Origin: Asterias rubens
Taxonomy: Eukaryota
DNA length: 64,000 nt
Direction of reading: 5' to 3'
Assembly: GCF_902459465.1 (NCBI RefSeq)
Contig: NC_047066.1
Coordinates: 6,633,047-6,697,046 of the forward strand
The position numbers and the translations under genes are program-made. Below the pieces are notes generated by a model. That model made no database searches, had not been told where the DNA came from, and saw only the letters and a list, made by a program, of their open reading frames with translations. Within the stretch, counting starts at the first letter, position 1. Each line of letters starts with the position of its first letter. Positions 25,744 through 37,868 of the stretch are shown piece after piece.

Positions 25744-28700
25744 CTACGGAAAAGGAAACAGAGCATCAACTTATTACTAAAATAATCTGGGAAGCTACAA
25801 TTATCAGATTTAAATTCAGGGCTAAAAGCTTTGCAACTACCAGAAGAAAAAAAGGTGCAATTTTGAATTCTTTTGGGGAAAAATGGATTTAACTATTGGT
25901 TTTTTTCAAAGCCTTCGCTCGGGCCCTTCACTTTTTGTGCTTAAACAGCTTTATGAAATTGGACCCCAGGCCCAATTGTATACAAAAAAGTAGCCAAGCA
26001 TCACACAACATGCTTACCGGAATTAGATTACCAACAAAAATACCATGTTATAAGAACTATTTCTAATTTGGAATCCTGCATGATGCTTACCAAAATAAGG
26101 TTGCCATTCAAAATACCATATTCCATGTACAACTATGCCCGATATCGTGCCCATTTCTGCTAAGCACAAACTTGTTAAGCAACATTTACTGCTTGAGCAG
26201 TGCCCTGATCTTTACAGAGCGAGTGTTGAAATGATATCTGCAGAAACCTACCTGCATCTCTGGGCCTGACACAGCGATGGCCTTGATGGTATCCGAGCCG
26301 ATGGACTCAACCATCTTGTTGAACTTGGAGGTTTCGATCTCGGACATCTGCCCAGCCTTGTTCACCTCCATCTCGTTCTGTTCAGTGATGTACTTCAGCT
26401 CAGCCTCCCGGGCGTTGGTGAGACGGTCCAGCTCAGATTCCTGGATGAGAAGAAAGATGTGTAGAGAGGAAATTTAAACAAGGGCCATTGATAAAATTTG
26501 GTTAACTTCAAATATTTGAAACTATGGGAGACTTTGGACCGCTAAGTGACAGCAGACTTATCAGGTATAAATGTCCATTGTTCTGAGCATGCGTACATAA
26601 CCAAGAACAATGGATTTACCATTAGACTGCTGCCACCTTGCGATCCGAAACTTCCCAAATGGACGTCAACTTTGTGATGAACAGGATGTTTTTACAGAGT
26701 GGTTTATATATTCTTTTCTCTCTATGCTGTTTACTAGTTTACATATTAGGTTTTTTTTTACAATCTTGTTTACCCTGTGTTGTTTTTTTTCCTTTAACCC
26801 TGTCTCACTTTACTTTTAACCCCTTTTAATACATTTTTGAATTTTTTTATTCTGAAATGTTTTTTCTTTTTTCGAGAAGAAGATTTCAGGCACAGAAGTT
26901 TAATCAGGTAAATTTAATAACTTGAGGTGAATATAAAAACAAGCTTAAAGTTTTTGTGTAAATCATCATTTTGTATTATACCGGGACATAAAATATGTGA
27001 AATGGAAATATATGTTGTTAAATTGACAAATCAGGAAATAACTCACAGCTTCAATCTTAGCAGCCTCAGCCTTCAGCTTTGCCTGCTCAACGGCAGCTTC
27101 TCCCTCAATGCGTGCAGCCTCGGCACGGCTCTGGGCTTCGGCTTTAGCTTGACCGGTACTCTCTACGGCTGCGCTGTTGGCCTGGAGGAGGAGCAGCTCC
27201 TTACGAGCCTTCTCGGCCTCCGCCTCGTCCATGATCTTCTGACGCTCAAGACGACCCTTTGCCTCCTGCTCAAGACGCTCGGCCTCATGTCTGTCATGAA
27301 CAACATTAACGAACATGTCAAATTGGATTTCTGCCTGGTGTTGTCAATGTCATTTTCTGTTTGTAATGTTAGTTTTTAATGGACCACTGTCAAAGCCTTC
27401 TATGCAACCTAATCGGTACACACATGTTATGCATGGAATGAGGTGCATGCTGGTCTAGCCAGATTGACCGCTAGCTAGAGCAGCATGCACCTCATTCAAC
27501 AGTTAAAGTTAAACCTTGCTTTAAAGGGTGGCTGCAGTGTTTTTTTTTAATAATTTAAACGATTAAACATGACTTTCTAAACCTGAATTTGTTTATTTTA
27601 TTTTGTATTAAATGCACAAGTATTTTAAAAATGGTTTTCAAGAGATTAGGGGAACCCACCCCGCCCCTAAAATGGGCATAAACGTGGCGTCATGTCGGGA
27701 ACCTGAGCTGTCGGGCCCCCTGGCTGTGTGCATATAGAGACGTGTGCACTGTGTGACCTGGTACCTAGGCGCGTGTAGTTAGGGACCAGACTCTTTTTGC
27801 CGACGATATGTTTAAATTCCTGACATGACGTCGATGGTAGGGGGGGGGTAACAATCCACAAAAGGGGGGTATGACTTATTCGCTAGTTACGCAAGTGAGA
27901 TATGTCGGGAAAAAAACAAAACACATTAATTTATTGAGGTTCAATACATATATCAGAAATAAATGACAGCAAAATTAACTGTTTTATTTTAATTCACCCT
28001 GCATCCCTTTAAGGAAACTTTGTCAAATTGTCTCCCCATATTTACCTGGCCGTAGCTTCCTGCGAGTTGGTCGTAATCTCAATAGCCAGCTGAACAGACT
28101 TCTGAAGCGCATCTCGTGTGCGCTGGTCGACTGGCTCCACTGACTGGATGTCAATGCTGGTGATGACCATGTTGTTCTGGGGGAAGTGGAACCGATCCCG
28201 TATCTTCAGGTTCTCGTCCATTCCAAAGACGGAGGCACGGATGATTTTTGCAGAGTTCTGTGGAAGAATTAAAGGGGGGGGGGGGAAATAATAGTAATTT
28301 GTTTAAATTCAACACAATTTACAATAGCAAAATGCCTAGGGGCCAATTTTTATAAAACAGCTTAAGCAATAAGTTATTGCTTTACAATTGTCTGCTATTA
28401 AGCAGTAATTCTCAGGATACCAGTCTTACATTGCACATTATGACATGGTAGTCTAACTGGTAACCTTGTTCTGGTAAGCATAACTTTGTTGTGCATAGGC
28501 AGCTCTAAAAAAAAAAATGACCCTGGTCACTAATCTTTCTCAGCTCCCTGAAAATATCAAACTCTACCCTCGTAGGTACCTATTTAGACTCCTGGGTGAA
28601 GAGAAGCAACTACAGAAAAGCATCTTGTTCAAAAACAAAAGTGTTGGGCATTATAGACAAGACACTAACCCATTATTGCTACATCCTTAGGGATTTGATG

Positions 28701-31700
28701 TAAAGCCATTGGACCTATGTGCGTGCTGTCAGTACCCAGTTCACATTTTGTTAAAGAAAAGGGGTTTGCCCCAGTGTTTCTGGCTTACTTGGCTGCGTTA
28801 AATTTGTGCCAAGCTCCTTGTAAAGATGGCAAATATATCGGTCTTATAATAAACATAACAAACGTTTTGAGATGCCCTGCCAGGCCAGGAATTTCATCTT
28901 TGAGAGGGCAAAGCCATTTTCATTTTGCAAAGGGCACATCCATTGGAAAATGTTTAAGTCAAGAAATTTTTAAAGGGGCACCATGGCCAAGACCTGGGCA
29001 ACTGTGGGCCATGGCCTAGCTCTGTGGCCTCTGTGAAATTCGAGACCTGCCCTGTGGTGCCAACAGCGCTTTATACCAACTGCATACGGTTATTATTATT
29101 ATTTCGTCTCTTACCTTATGGAAATCATCAAAGGCAACTCCAGCCACAGCCCCTCTGATGCGTGAGGCGATTGCCTTGCAGGCATCACCGATGAAGTCAG
29201 GCACACTGAAGAGTTTAGCAGCATCTTCCGGAGGGCTTTCCTTCTTAACATCAAGATGCCTGGAAAACAAGAAAATATTTGAGGGCCGTTTTTGATGGCA
29301 GTCGTTTTTTTCAAAGTGCAATGAATTTTTTTTTTAAATGAATGCCTAGAATTCAACATGGTCCACTTTTGTTGTTTTTGATGCACCAGCATGAAAACGA
29401 TTTACATTTAGCATCGACAACTGACTATTTTCTGGAAGGTTATGAAAGGTCACTACTTTTAGCCTCGTACAAAAACTTTATTTTTCCTTTTTATTTCATT
29501 GCAATTGCGATGACTTTAGTAAAACGCAAAAACAGTGGCTTGGGACCTCCCTCATCGCAAGTGTGATAGCAATGATGAAGTGAAACCAGCCCCTGGGCTC
29601 GATTTCACAAAGCAATAAAATCCATCATAAGAAAAATTTTCAGTATCACCATAGTAATTTGCATTGTGACATCACACTTAACTAAGCAACTACGACTGAT
29701 TTGCAGTAACGATCAATTTTAGCTCTTTGTGAAATCGGGCCCAGGTCTACTCATCTTGTAAAATACTTTTAACTGAACACTCCATCAAGCTCAAGTATAC
29801 CATGCAATTAGAAAGTTCAAAAATAAGAACTTTCAGAACAGAATATGAAAAAACCTACCAGTTGTATGACAGCTGAAGTTGAAGGCGGGCGTGGTCAGAT
29901 GTCTCGATAGTGATGATATCGGTGCAGAAATCAGGGCCGAGGAGAAGGCACAGTGACCTGATCATGTTGGGGCGTTTGGGCTTCCCTCCGGACAGACTCA
30001 ACTGGGTGAACTGCTCATCGGGGCCGAGCATGACTAACTCGGGACCAAACACAACCCTGAAAAGAGCCAAGGAACAAGAAACATTACTAGTCTATGGTAA
30101 AAGTGAGCAAAACAATTAGATCTGTATGTGGGGGTGTTTAAACAGTTGATAATGACCAGCTTGAGTTGTTTATAACTGGTTGTTATCAAATACGTTTGTG
30201 CAGGTTAGCCCACAACCTTGTTTCCATGGGTGATCAATCTCGCCTTGCTATTTTAGCCCATGATTACGAGGATGCATACTATGCGCACAAATGCATATCT
30301 GAAAACTGTCTCAGTCATAAAAATGCAACACACGAACAGAGCTCAAGGACGTCGGAAAACGGATAATCTTTACAGAGTTTCTTACTTCATAACGCCGTTT
30401 AATCAAAAGCGCATTTATGAATGGGAATAAAAGAGAAGTGATTCGTTCTTAAACTGCCGTTTAAAACCTTGCGATATCACACGGCCATGACCATGCCGGT
30501 TTCAAACGGCAGTCACTACCCTTTTATTCCCTTAATTTTGCTTATGATAAAAAAAATCCCCCTACCTTGCTTTCTTCTCCTTGTAGTCATAGATCTGCAT
30601 GGCAGCGTTGTGAGGAACACGGAATGTAACAACCCTAGTCTTCTCTCTCCGTTTTTCACGTTTACCATCTGGCGCCAGGTATGCACGGTCCGCCAAAGGG
30701 TCCTTCATGTTCATCAGGAGTTCCTCCACTGCGGGAGGAAGCTCCTTCTGCCAGAGCTCCTCATCTTGGTTTAGCATGTAGGTCTCACCTGTGATGGCTC
30801 GCACCTTTTGGAAGAGAAAAACTTGTCATAAAAGAGATTAACTGATGTCCCAAATAAACGGTAAGCAGAAATTTGCTAAGCAGTTGTTTTAAGTTTGAAT
30901 AAATAATTTCCTCCATGGAAAAGAAAAAACAAAACTAAAAATAGCTGTATTTTCTTCTTAAAAGCTTTATGAAATAGGACCCCGTAAAAAAAAAAATGAT
31001 TTCTTACCTTACCCGTCTTGGTATCTCGGACATAGATACCTTCATTCTCATCCAGCGGGATGGCAGACCTCTTGGTAACCACCTCCACCTCTACTGGAGG
31101 GACGTACTCCTTGGGCCCACGGATCATCCACTTGTCACCTGGCTTACGGTCGATATCCTGTTGTACGCAAACAAATAATGTTAAGAGTTTATCCTAAGAA
31201 GGACTTTACAAAAGGGTGGCGCGTCTTCTAGAATAAGGGTCATTTTGTGTCAAATCATCCGATGGGTTAAACCCTACCCTCTTCAAATTTATTCAAATTT
31301 GGTTTATGGGGTAATTGCGGCTCAACAAGCTCAAATTTCAAATGCAATATTTTCTGCTTGAAAAAAAAACAAATGAACTGAAACACCATGGGTTTTTTTC
31401 AAAACCAAAGAAAAACATGAATTGAAATGTCATTTTGTTTTCTTCAACTTACTGCATCTGTGTCCTTGAAGGCCTCTTGGGAGCGAAGCATAAGACCCTC
31501 ATCCTCTCCCAAGACGTACACATCCTGAATTCCCTTCTCAAGATGCTCCCCCGGAAGCAGGAAGAAAGACTTCTCACCCTGTAGTTAAGAGGGGAGAGAG
31601 GGGGGAATCGTCCAGTATAAGATAAGACTTAAAGGCACTGGACACTATTGGTTATTACTCAAAATAATCGTTAGCATACAAACTGACTCGGTAAAGAGGA

Positions 31701-34700
31701 ATGGAGAGCTGTTGATGGTATAACAAATTGTGAGAAATGGCTCCCTGTGAAGTAATGTAGTTTTTGTACATAGCTCTACTGTTGGTTGTCCCCCTATTAT
31801 GAAAATATCTTCAGTGGCGAGTCGTGGCCAAGCGAATAAGAGCACTGTACTCAAGCTCAGGTTTTCTGTTCAGCTGAGTGTGGGTTTGAGAGTCTTAACG
31901 CTTGTGTCTTTTATTAGCCAGACACTTAACCATTATTGCTGCGTTCTTCTGGTCCTGTGTGTTGTGTAATGCATGTAAAAGAACCCAGTGCACTTATCGC
32001 AAAGAGAAGGGGTTCGCCCTAGTGTTCCATGTCGGATCAATTGCACATTGCGCAACATGGTGCTATAAAGGAACAGTTCTCTTTGCAGGAAATAATACTG
32101 AGTAGTTTGATACGCCCCTAAGGGTGTGATAAAACGCTTTAATATAAAAAACGAGTATTATTATCAATAGTACCTTGACCAGTTTCTTCTGTCCCAGCTG
32201 TGGTTTGCCGTCAGCTCCTACTGGATCCAGGATCACACAATACTGTCTGTTGGTCAATGTAGTGATGGCAACAACACCAACAACCTGCAAATCAGACACA
32301 GGGATTTAATCAAATGCTTAAAACATGGATAAGGTTTGTCGAAAGTGAACATTCCTTAAAATACACTGTTGGGCTGGGTTCAGGAAAATTTAAAGACCTA
32401 AGGAAGTTTACAAAAATTCCTGAATTCCGAAAATCACATGCCTATTTAAAAAGGCCAACACCTAACTGGTTTTGTGCATCTATACCATAGGTGATTTTGG
32501 TTGGTAAGAGTCTGTTTTCTAAAGTTATCAAGTTATCAAACAAGGACATGTTTTTATTTTGGTTCAAATTTCTTTTACAACAAATAATTTTATTAAAGTA
32601 AACTCCATTAAGTCAAAATCTACAAATGATTCTTTCTCAGAAAATCAAATTTCCCAAATATATTTTTCAAAACTCAAACAAAGAGAAATACCACAGAAAC
32701 AGGTGGATTTCTTTTCACACCAAAAACATTCCATATGATTGTTTTTTATTGTCTGTATTTTTGTGGCTGTTTTTATGTCTAGGAAAACAATTTTCATGAT
32801 TCATGATGAATAAATAAATCCAATCTAATCTAATCTTATTCCAATGATTGACAATGACAATTTCTCTTTTTACCTCTTCATAAACCTGTGGAATATGTGC
32901 CTCCGTGTCGTTCATTGTAATCAGCCATTCCTCACCGTTCTTCCTGACCACACCCTGCTCATCCTTGAAGGTGCGAGTGGCTCTGACGTGGAGTGCTTTC
33001 TGTTGATAAAGTCACATTGAAAAAAAAAACATGAGTTCAACAATCCCACAAAAGAGCAACTTTCATTATTCTACCCAAACTTTCGGCAAGAATATTCAAA
33101 AACAAGCAAAAGTGTTTGGTAAAGACATTTTTAAGTTTCGTTCAAAAGTGTCATTAGCATTGGATTTGTAATTTGAACTGATGTGAAGTGGTTTGGGACT
33201 TCAGCAATAAACTAGCCAGCCTGAACAGCCGGACAGAATTCTGATTGGTCGTCATTTATTTTAACTGGCATTTGGCCAGCAGACCACTGTGAAGGGAGAA
33301 CCAACACTGCAGCTATTAATAAAAGAATACATAAGGGAAACTAGACTTTCGTCCAATCATTACACCCAGCCAAGAAGTGGTACATTCTTTTTATAAATTG
33401 ACTCTTGAGTTAAAATACATTACTACACCGCATATATATTCATGACCGAGAGTCGAGTTCTCACTGGTCCATTCATCATCATGTGCCAGTTGCTATCTTG
33501 ACTACTTACCAAACATGCACACGAGTATTCACCCACATATGTGCATCACAAGTAGCCCAGCCTTCACCTCGGGAACTAGTTTGTCATCTTCCAATACCTC
33601 GGGGAGCTAATATCGACTATTCACCCTCAAACCATGTTATACTTGTATAATAGTGCTCACCTTGTCTGTGAGTACATAAGCATTGACCACGCCCACGACT
33701 TCCTCGTACGCTCCGGGGAGGTAAGCGCCGACCTTCTTGACGAGCCACTCCTCACCCGTCACCCTCTCCTCGTCCTCTCGATCCACAGTCTCCTTCCTGG
33801 CCCGGAGCTTGATGGCCTGGTTGGCCTTGATGATTGTTGCGCGGCAGGTTTCGTCCACGACAACTTCCTTACGGGGAATGTAAGTTCCGGGTCCTTCAAA
33901 GAGCCACTCGTCTCCGGCCACTCGCTTCTCCCCCTCGTCGTCTTCAAAGTCAAGGATGGAGCGGAGGCGGAGGGCCGAATTGGCAGGCACAACTTTCAGT
34001 GGGGACACAGCCTGTTGAAAGAGAAATGTACACATAAGCCATTTTGAGATATGGTGGACACATTACTATAACACTGTAAGGTTTTCTTCTTAACAAAAAT
34101 AAGCAGGATACTAGTCAATATTTTGGCTTGTATCAATATTTTGCTAAGCTTAATTTTGTTGTGCTTGGTAGTTCTCATCCATTTCAATCATTTCACGTCA
34201 CCAATTACGCAATCCACCGCCTGACATATTTTGGGGGGCTTGATGACCGACAAGGACTTTGGGCCATCAGGAGTCTTTGAATAGGGAATTTGGATTCAAG
34301 TCACAGGACATCCATCAGTGTGATGTGATTTATGAAAATGTTAAGCCTGAATCTTTGAAGATTTTGCAGAACAATCAGGGAGGTATTTAGAATTACATTC
34401 AACATAATAGGAACAATTTTTCACAAATCAGGGAGATTTTCAAATTTGTTCATCAGAACATGGATAGATTGATTGGTTCATTTTCAGGGAACTTTCTGCA
34501 GAATCAAGGAGAGTTTGGCAGCTCTTGTGATAGCAACTAATGCGCGGGCTCTACCCTGGTGTCTATAGACCCCTTGCAATACGCCCAGCGTACTCACATG
34601 AGCCTATCCTGAGTGTCATTTTGGGTGTCAAAATCATATACAAACATGCACAAAAGAGAGTTGACACCCAAAATTACGCGCACTGTCGGAGGCGCGTTCC

Positions 34701-36252
34701 TGTATTGTGTAAGAAATTAATAGCTCCCCCTTGCATAACGCGAAGCGCTACAGGTCACTAAGGTCATGCGCACGTTTTTATGCACAGAGAACAGCTTCTG
34801 ACCAATGATCTGCCTCCTTTTTGAGAATGTGACGTCATATGCAATGGATCTATCCTTCAAGCTTCAAATCAGAGGAACTCTGCCACAATTCTCACCTGTT
34901 TGAGCATTTCTCCAGGGTAGAGAGGGAACGGGTCCTGAGTAAGGCGAATCTCTTGATCGGCATGGCTAAGTTTGATCTGTCCGCTCTTATCAACGATCAC
35001 GGTGCCATCCTCTTTGCGCTGAACAGGGTTCTCGATGATGGCGTAATGGCGGGGCGGCACCATGACCATCTTCTCAGGTCCATAGATGACTCTAAAAAAT
35101 GATTGATATGGTGAGTATTAACAACAGTTGGGATAATTTACGAGTCAAAGCAACTGTTACCGTGGCAATTAATCAACCAAATTAGCCACCTGCCTGGATT
35201 TTTGAATCAGACAACAATAGCATTTTTCTCTTAAGCAGGAAATTTCCATCGGTTACATACCGGTATTGGTATTTTGGCTGGTAAATTTTCTGGTGAAGCA
35301 AAACTTTTGTAATTAACAAATCAACAAACAAAAACCTAGAATAAGACTTAACATCCATTTCTGGTTACTCGTTAACAATTGTGAATTTTGCCCAAGAATT
35401 CTCAGTTGAGTTGGCAAATGGGGTCTGTAAAAAATAAGCATCCTTGTCCAAATTTTAAATTTGCTTCACATTATATTATACAATCAAATCGTATTTATAA
35501 CAAATTGTTATGGGTATTTTCATATCCCAGAATTTTGTACAAATAAAGATTCAAAAGATACATCTGAAAATACAGTCTTCGTTCGAGACGTTTTCTCATT
35601 GCCGATACATGTAAAACATGCACAGTCTATTTAGAGAGAAGGCTGTTGACACTTTTCCTTTAACTAGGCTTGGGGGGGGGGCAATCAACAAGACTGCAGA
35701 ACTTGTAGCTGATAAGTTTTACTAGACCATAATTTTGGTCACAAGCAAGTGCAGATTCAAAATGAGAAAAGACATGAAAAGACAAGAATCAAAATTACGA
35801 TACAGTTTTAATAGAGGCCTAACAAAATTTATCTTAAACAAATATTTTATTTTGTCAGGGTTACTTAGAACTTGATTCTCAACAGTAGTGAAAGTTTTTA
35901 TGAGACTCAAATTCAACATTTGTACATAATTTGTAGTGAAAATATTATGTTGAAAAAAACACTGGACTTGTACAGTGATCCTGAGTTCTGGCCCAGAACT
36001 AAAATCACTGGCCTCTGGACTGCGGTCCAGTGTTAATTTCAAGTCCTTGCCCTACAGGGGGACGTGATTGTCTCTTTACCTTTCATGATCCTGCCTGATG
36101 TAAGTACGAGGGCCAATCTCCACTGTGGTGACGTTTGTGTTGTGATTCAGGACGTGGATGTAGTAGTAAGGGGGAATCCTGTAGATGGACTCATCAGCCC
36201 CTCCTCCTACAAGAGAAGGCGCGGCACTGCCTCGCTTGGACCTGTCAGCCAT
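25624..36252 (-). CDS. MVP: Major vault protein gene, 14 coding exons, 859 aa. Exons: 36080-36252; 34896-35091; 33661-34011; 32874-32999; 32174-32284; 31453-31578; 31008-31157; 30566-30804; 29859-30056; 29115-29259; 28046-28257; 27047-27290; 26252-26440; 25624-25743.
   Basis: Every exon aligns to human MVP from memory. Matched segments include [20 protein letters not shown], the vault repeats ([29 protein letters not shown]), [86 protein letters not shown], the cap-helix [19 protein letters not shown] and the C-terminal [24 protein letters not shown]. Phases are all consistent and exon lengths sum to 2580 nt. Confidence 0.9.
26252..26440 (-). CDS. MVP: MVP exon 13 ([63 protein letters not shown])
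   Basis: Contains minus ORF 26186..26371. Donor is gtaggt. Confidence 0.88.
27047..27290 (-). CDS. MVP: MVP exon 12 (cap-helix coiled coil)
   Basis: Within minus ORF 26966..27316. Donor is gtgagt. Confidence 0.88.
28046..28257 (-). CDS. MVP: MVP exon 11 ([70 protein letters not shown]..)
   Basis: 212 nt. Acceptor is ccacag, donor is ag|gtaaa. Confidence 0.85.
29115..29259 (-). CDS. MVP: MVP exon 10 ([48 protein letters not shown])
   Basis: Within minus ORF 29016..29321. Donor is gtaaga. Confidence 0.88.
29859..30056 (-). CDS. MVP: MVP exon 9 ([16 protein letters not shown]...[10 protein letters not shown])
   Basis: Within minus ORF 29855..30070. 198 nt. Confidence 0.88.
30566..30804 (-). 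CDS. MVP: MVP exon 8
   Basis: Equals minus ORF 30562..30804 (GTG-initiated in the track). Donor is ag|gtaggg. Confidence 0.88.
31008..31157 (-). CDS. MVP: MVP exon 7 ([50 protein letters not shown])
   Basis: Contains minus ORF 30876..31127. Donor is gtaaga. Confidence 0.88.
31453..31578 (-). CDS. MVP: MVP exon 6 ([42 protein letters not shown])
   Basis: Acceptor is ctacag, donor is gtaagt. 126 nt. Confidence 0.85.
31810..32100. mobile_element. Family D SINE copy in MVP intron 5
   Basis: Core tgtaatgcatgtaaaagaacccagtgcacttatcgcaaagagaaggggttcgccc. Confidence 0.6.
32174..32284 (-). CDS. MVP: MVP exon 5 ([37 protein letters not shown])
   Basis: Within minus ORF 32063..32299. 111 nt. Confidence 0.88.
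32874..32999 (-). CDS. MVP: MVP exon 4 ([42 protein letters not shown])
   Basis: Consistent with minus ORF 32715..32951. Donor is gtaaaa. Confidence 0.88.
33661..34011 (-). CDS. MVP: MVP exon 3 (two vault repeats)
   Basis: Within minus ORF 33637..34035. 351 nt. Acceptor is aacag, donor is gtgagc. Confidence 0.9.
34896..35091 (-). CDS. MVP: MVP exon 2
   Basis: Contains minus ORF 34869..35069 ([19 protein letters not shown]). Acceptor is ttttag, donor is gtgaga. Confidence 0.88.
36080..36252 (-). CDS. MVP: MVP exon 1 ([57 protein letters not shown]..)
   Basis: ATG at 36250-36252. Donor is ag|gtaaag. Confidence 0.85.
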
Positions 36253-36460
36253 TGTGAATAGTCAGCCTAAAAACAGAAAGAGTAACAATAATAAATACAT
36301 GAATTTTTATAAAGCGCTTTATTTATCCATGGTTAGAATGAGAAGGCGCGACAATGCCTCGATTGGACCTGTCAGCCATTGTGAATGGTCAGCCTAAAAA
36401 CAGAGAGAGTTGAACAATAATTAATACAAATATTTATAAAGCCGCATTTATCCAATGGTT
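36218..36460. repeat. MVP: Tandem duplication of about 123 bp, 2 copies, covering the MVP 5'UTR, start codon and first ~13 codons
   Basis: 36228-36330 and 36351-36450 align closely (agaaggcgcg[g/a]ca[c/a]tgcctcg[c/a]ttggacctgtcagccattgtgaat[a/g]gtcagcctaaaaacaga...). Confidence 0.8.
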
Positions 36461-36689
36461 AGAATGACATAAGGCAGTAATTCCAGAGAGGAAACATTGT
36501 AATTGAACAGGATCCTTAAAGTCACCTGGAAGTGGTATTTTTTCAAAATAAAGCTTTTGTCACTAATATATGTGTTTTGATGAGTGGAATGTGAATAAAC
36601 AGTTAACTAAGGTTTTAAAAAATCAGTTCTTATGTTATTTACAAATTTAAGAGTAGACCCGACCCGAGAGGGCGCTGTTCGTGACGTCA

Positions 36690-36952
36690 ATAGAGGCAGA
36701 CTTTGCCTGTAATGCGTAGAGTAAACACAAATGCAAAGTACATGTACGGACCAAGTCGTGAGTTTGTACGTTTCAAAAAAAGATTTTTTGGGGTTTTTTC
36801 CGGCAATGCCGACCAGGTGTATTGCTGTTGAATGCAGAAAAACACTTTTTGAAACGTACAAACTCACGACTTGGACGTACATGTACTTTGCACGTGTGTT
36901 TACTATACGCATTGCAGGCAAAGTCTGCCTCGATTGACGTCACAAAAGGGGT
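36690..36952. repeat. Large palindrome with ~115-bp arms and a ~40-bp spacer, about 440 bp upstream of the MVP start
   Basis: 36691-36800 is the reverse complement of 36838-36950. The mirror ORFs 36607..36921 (-) and 36731..36937 (+) reflect it. Confidence 0.85.
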
Positions 36953-37732
36953 AGGCGGAGTCAGCCCCCCAAACAACTTTATATATTTTTTAAACATATA
37001 AATCGTGACAAACAATAATACTAAAAAAATTGTTTTATTGTTCGTAAGCATATACTCTTAGTGTTTGAAAGAAAAAAAATCTATTTCCAGGTGACTTTAA
37101 AGATGAAAATAGGTATGACCATGGTATGACTTGATTTTAGATTTGAATGAGTACGACTGAAGTAGGATGTTGAGAGGTAGCGAGCAGTCTCCAATCTGGG
37201 TCAATTAATGGTTTCTTTATGATTTAATGTAAAGTCTAAATTTGATATAAAATTACATTCCCCCCCCCCTCCCCACCACCACAAGAAAATGGCTCAAAGA
37301 TAATTTATAACTAACTGACAAATCTCTATTTATTTTATGTCATGTCATATATGAAAAAAAGGAATTTAATAATACATTGAGTAAAACTGGAGTGCATTGA
37401 TGTAACTACATTATTATACATAGAGGCCAGGCTATAAAACAACAGTTACTTAAAAATACATGAAATTTGAAACTAATATAGTAATATCCTTCCGAGTGAC
37501 ACAAACTTTTAGCAGTGAAAATCTACTACAGGGCAAAATTGTACTTCCTCTTTAGAAAAAATCAGCTATGATTGAAAAGCCACATTGATGTGAGTCACTG
37601 AACCGTACACTGATATTTATCTCTGCTGATTGGGCCAACCCAAGGTCAATGTGGGTGTAGCTATTGATAAGGTAAACATTTTGCATTTCATGCTGGGAAT
37701 TGGATTTTCTGTACAACCAACCATGGAGGTAG

Positions 37733-37868
37733 AATGGGAAAAGTTTCCGTATGGCGCCACCACTTTTTCATTCGATATGAAATAATATAGCATCTAATTT
37801 ACCTGATTGATATATCCCTTTTTATAAAAATGAGTGAAAAAGTGGTGGCGCCATACGGAAAGTTATCC
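37733..37868. mobile_element. Hairpin MITE family E copy
   Basis: gaaaagtttccgtatggcgccaccactttttcattcg...gagtgaaaaagtggtggcgccatacggaaagttatcc. Confidence 0.8.

Noticed and set aside
26927-27379. 150-aa plus-strand ORF
   Set aside because: Antisense to MVP exon 12 (coiled-coil region) and low complexity.
33634-34047. 137-aa plus-strand ORF
   Set aside because: Antisense to MVP exon 3. The minus frame carries the conserved vault repeats. The plus frame is a GC-rich antisense artefact.
36064-36261. Plus ORFs 36064..36261 and 36185..36397
   Set aside because: They are GTG-initiated track ORFs antisense to MVP exon 1 and its duplicated 5' region.
36607-36937. Mirror ORFs 36607..36921 (-) and 36731..36937 (+)
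   Set aside because: They are a consequence of the large palindrome, not coding.
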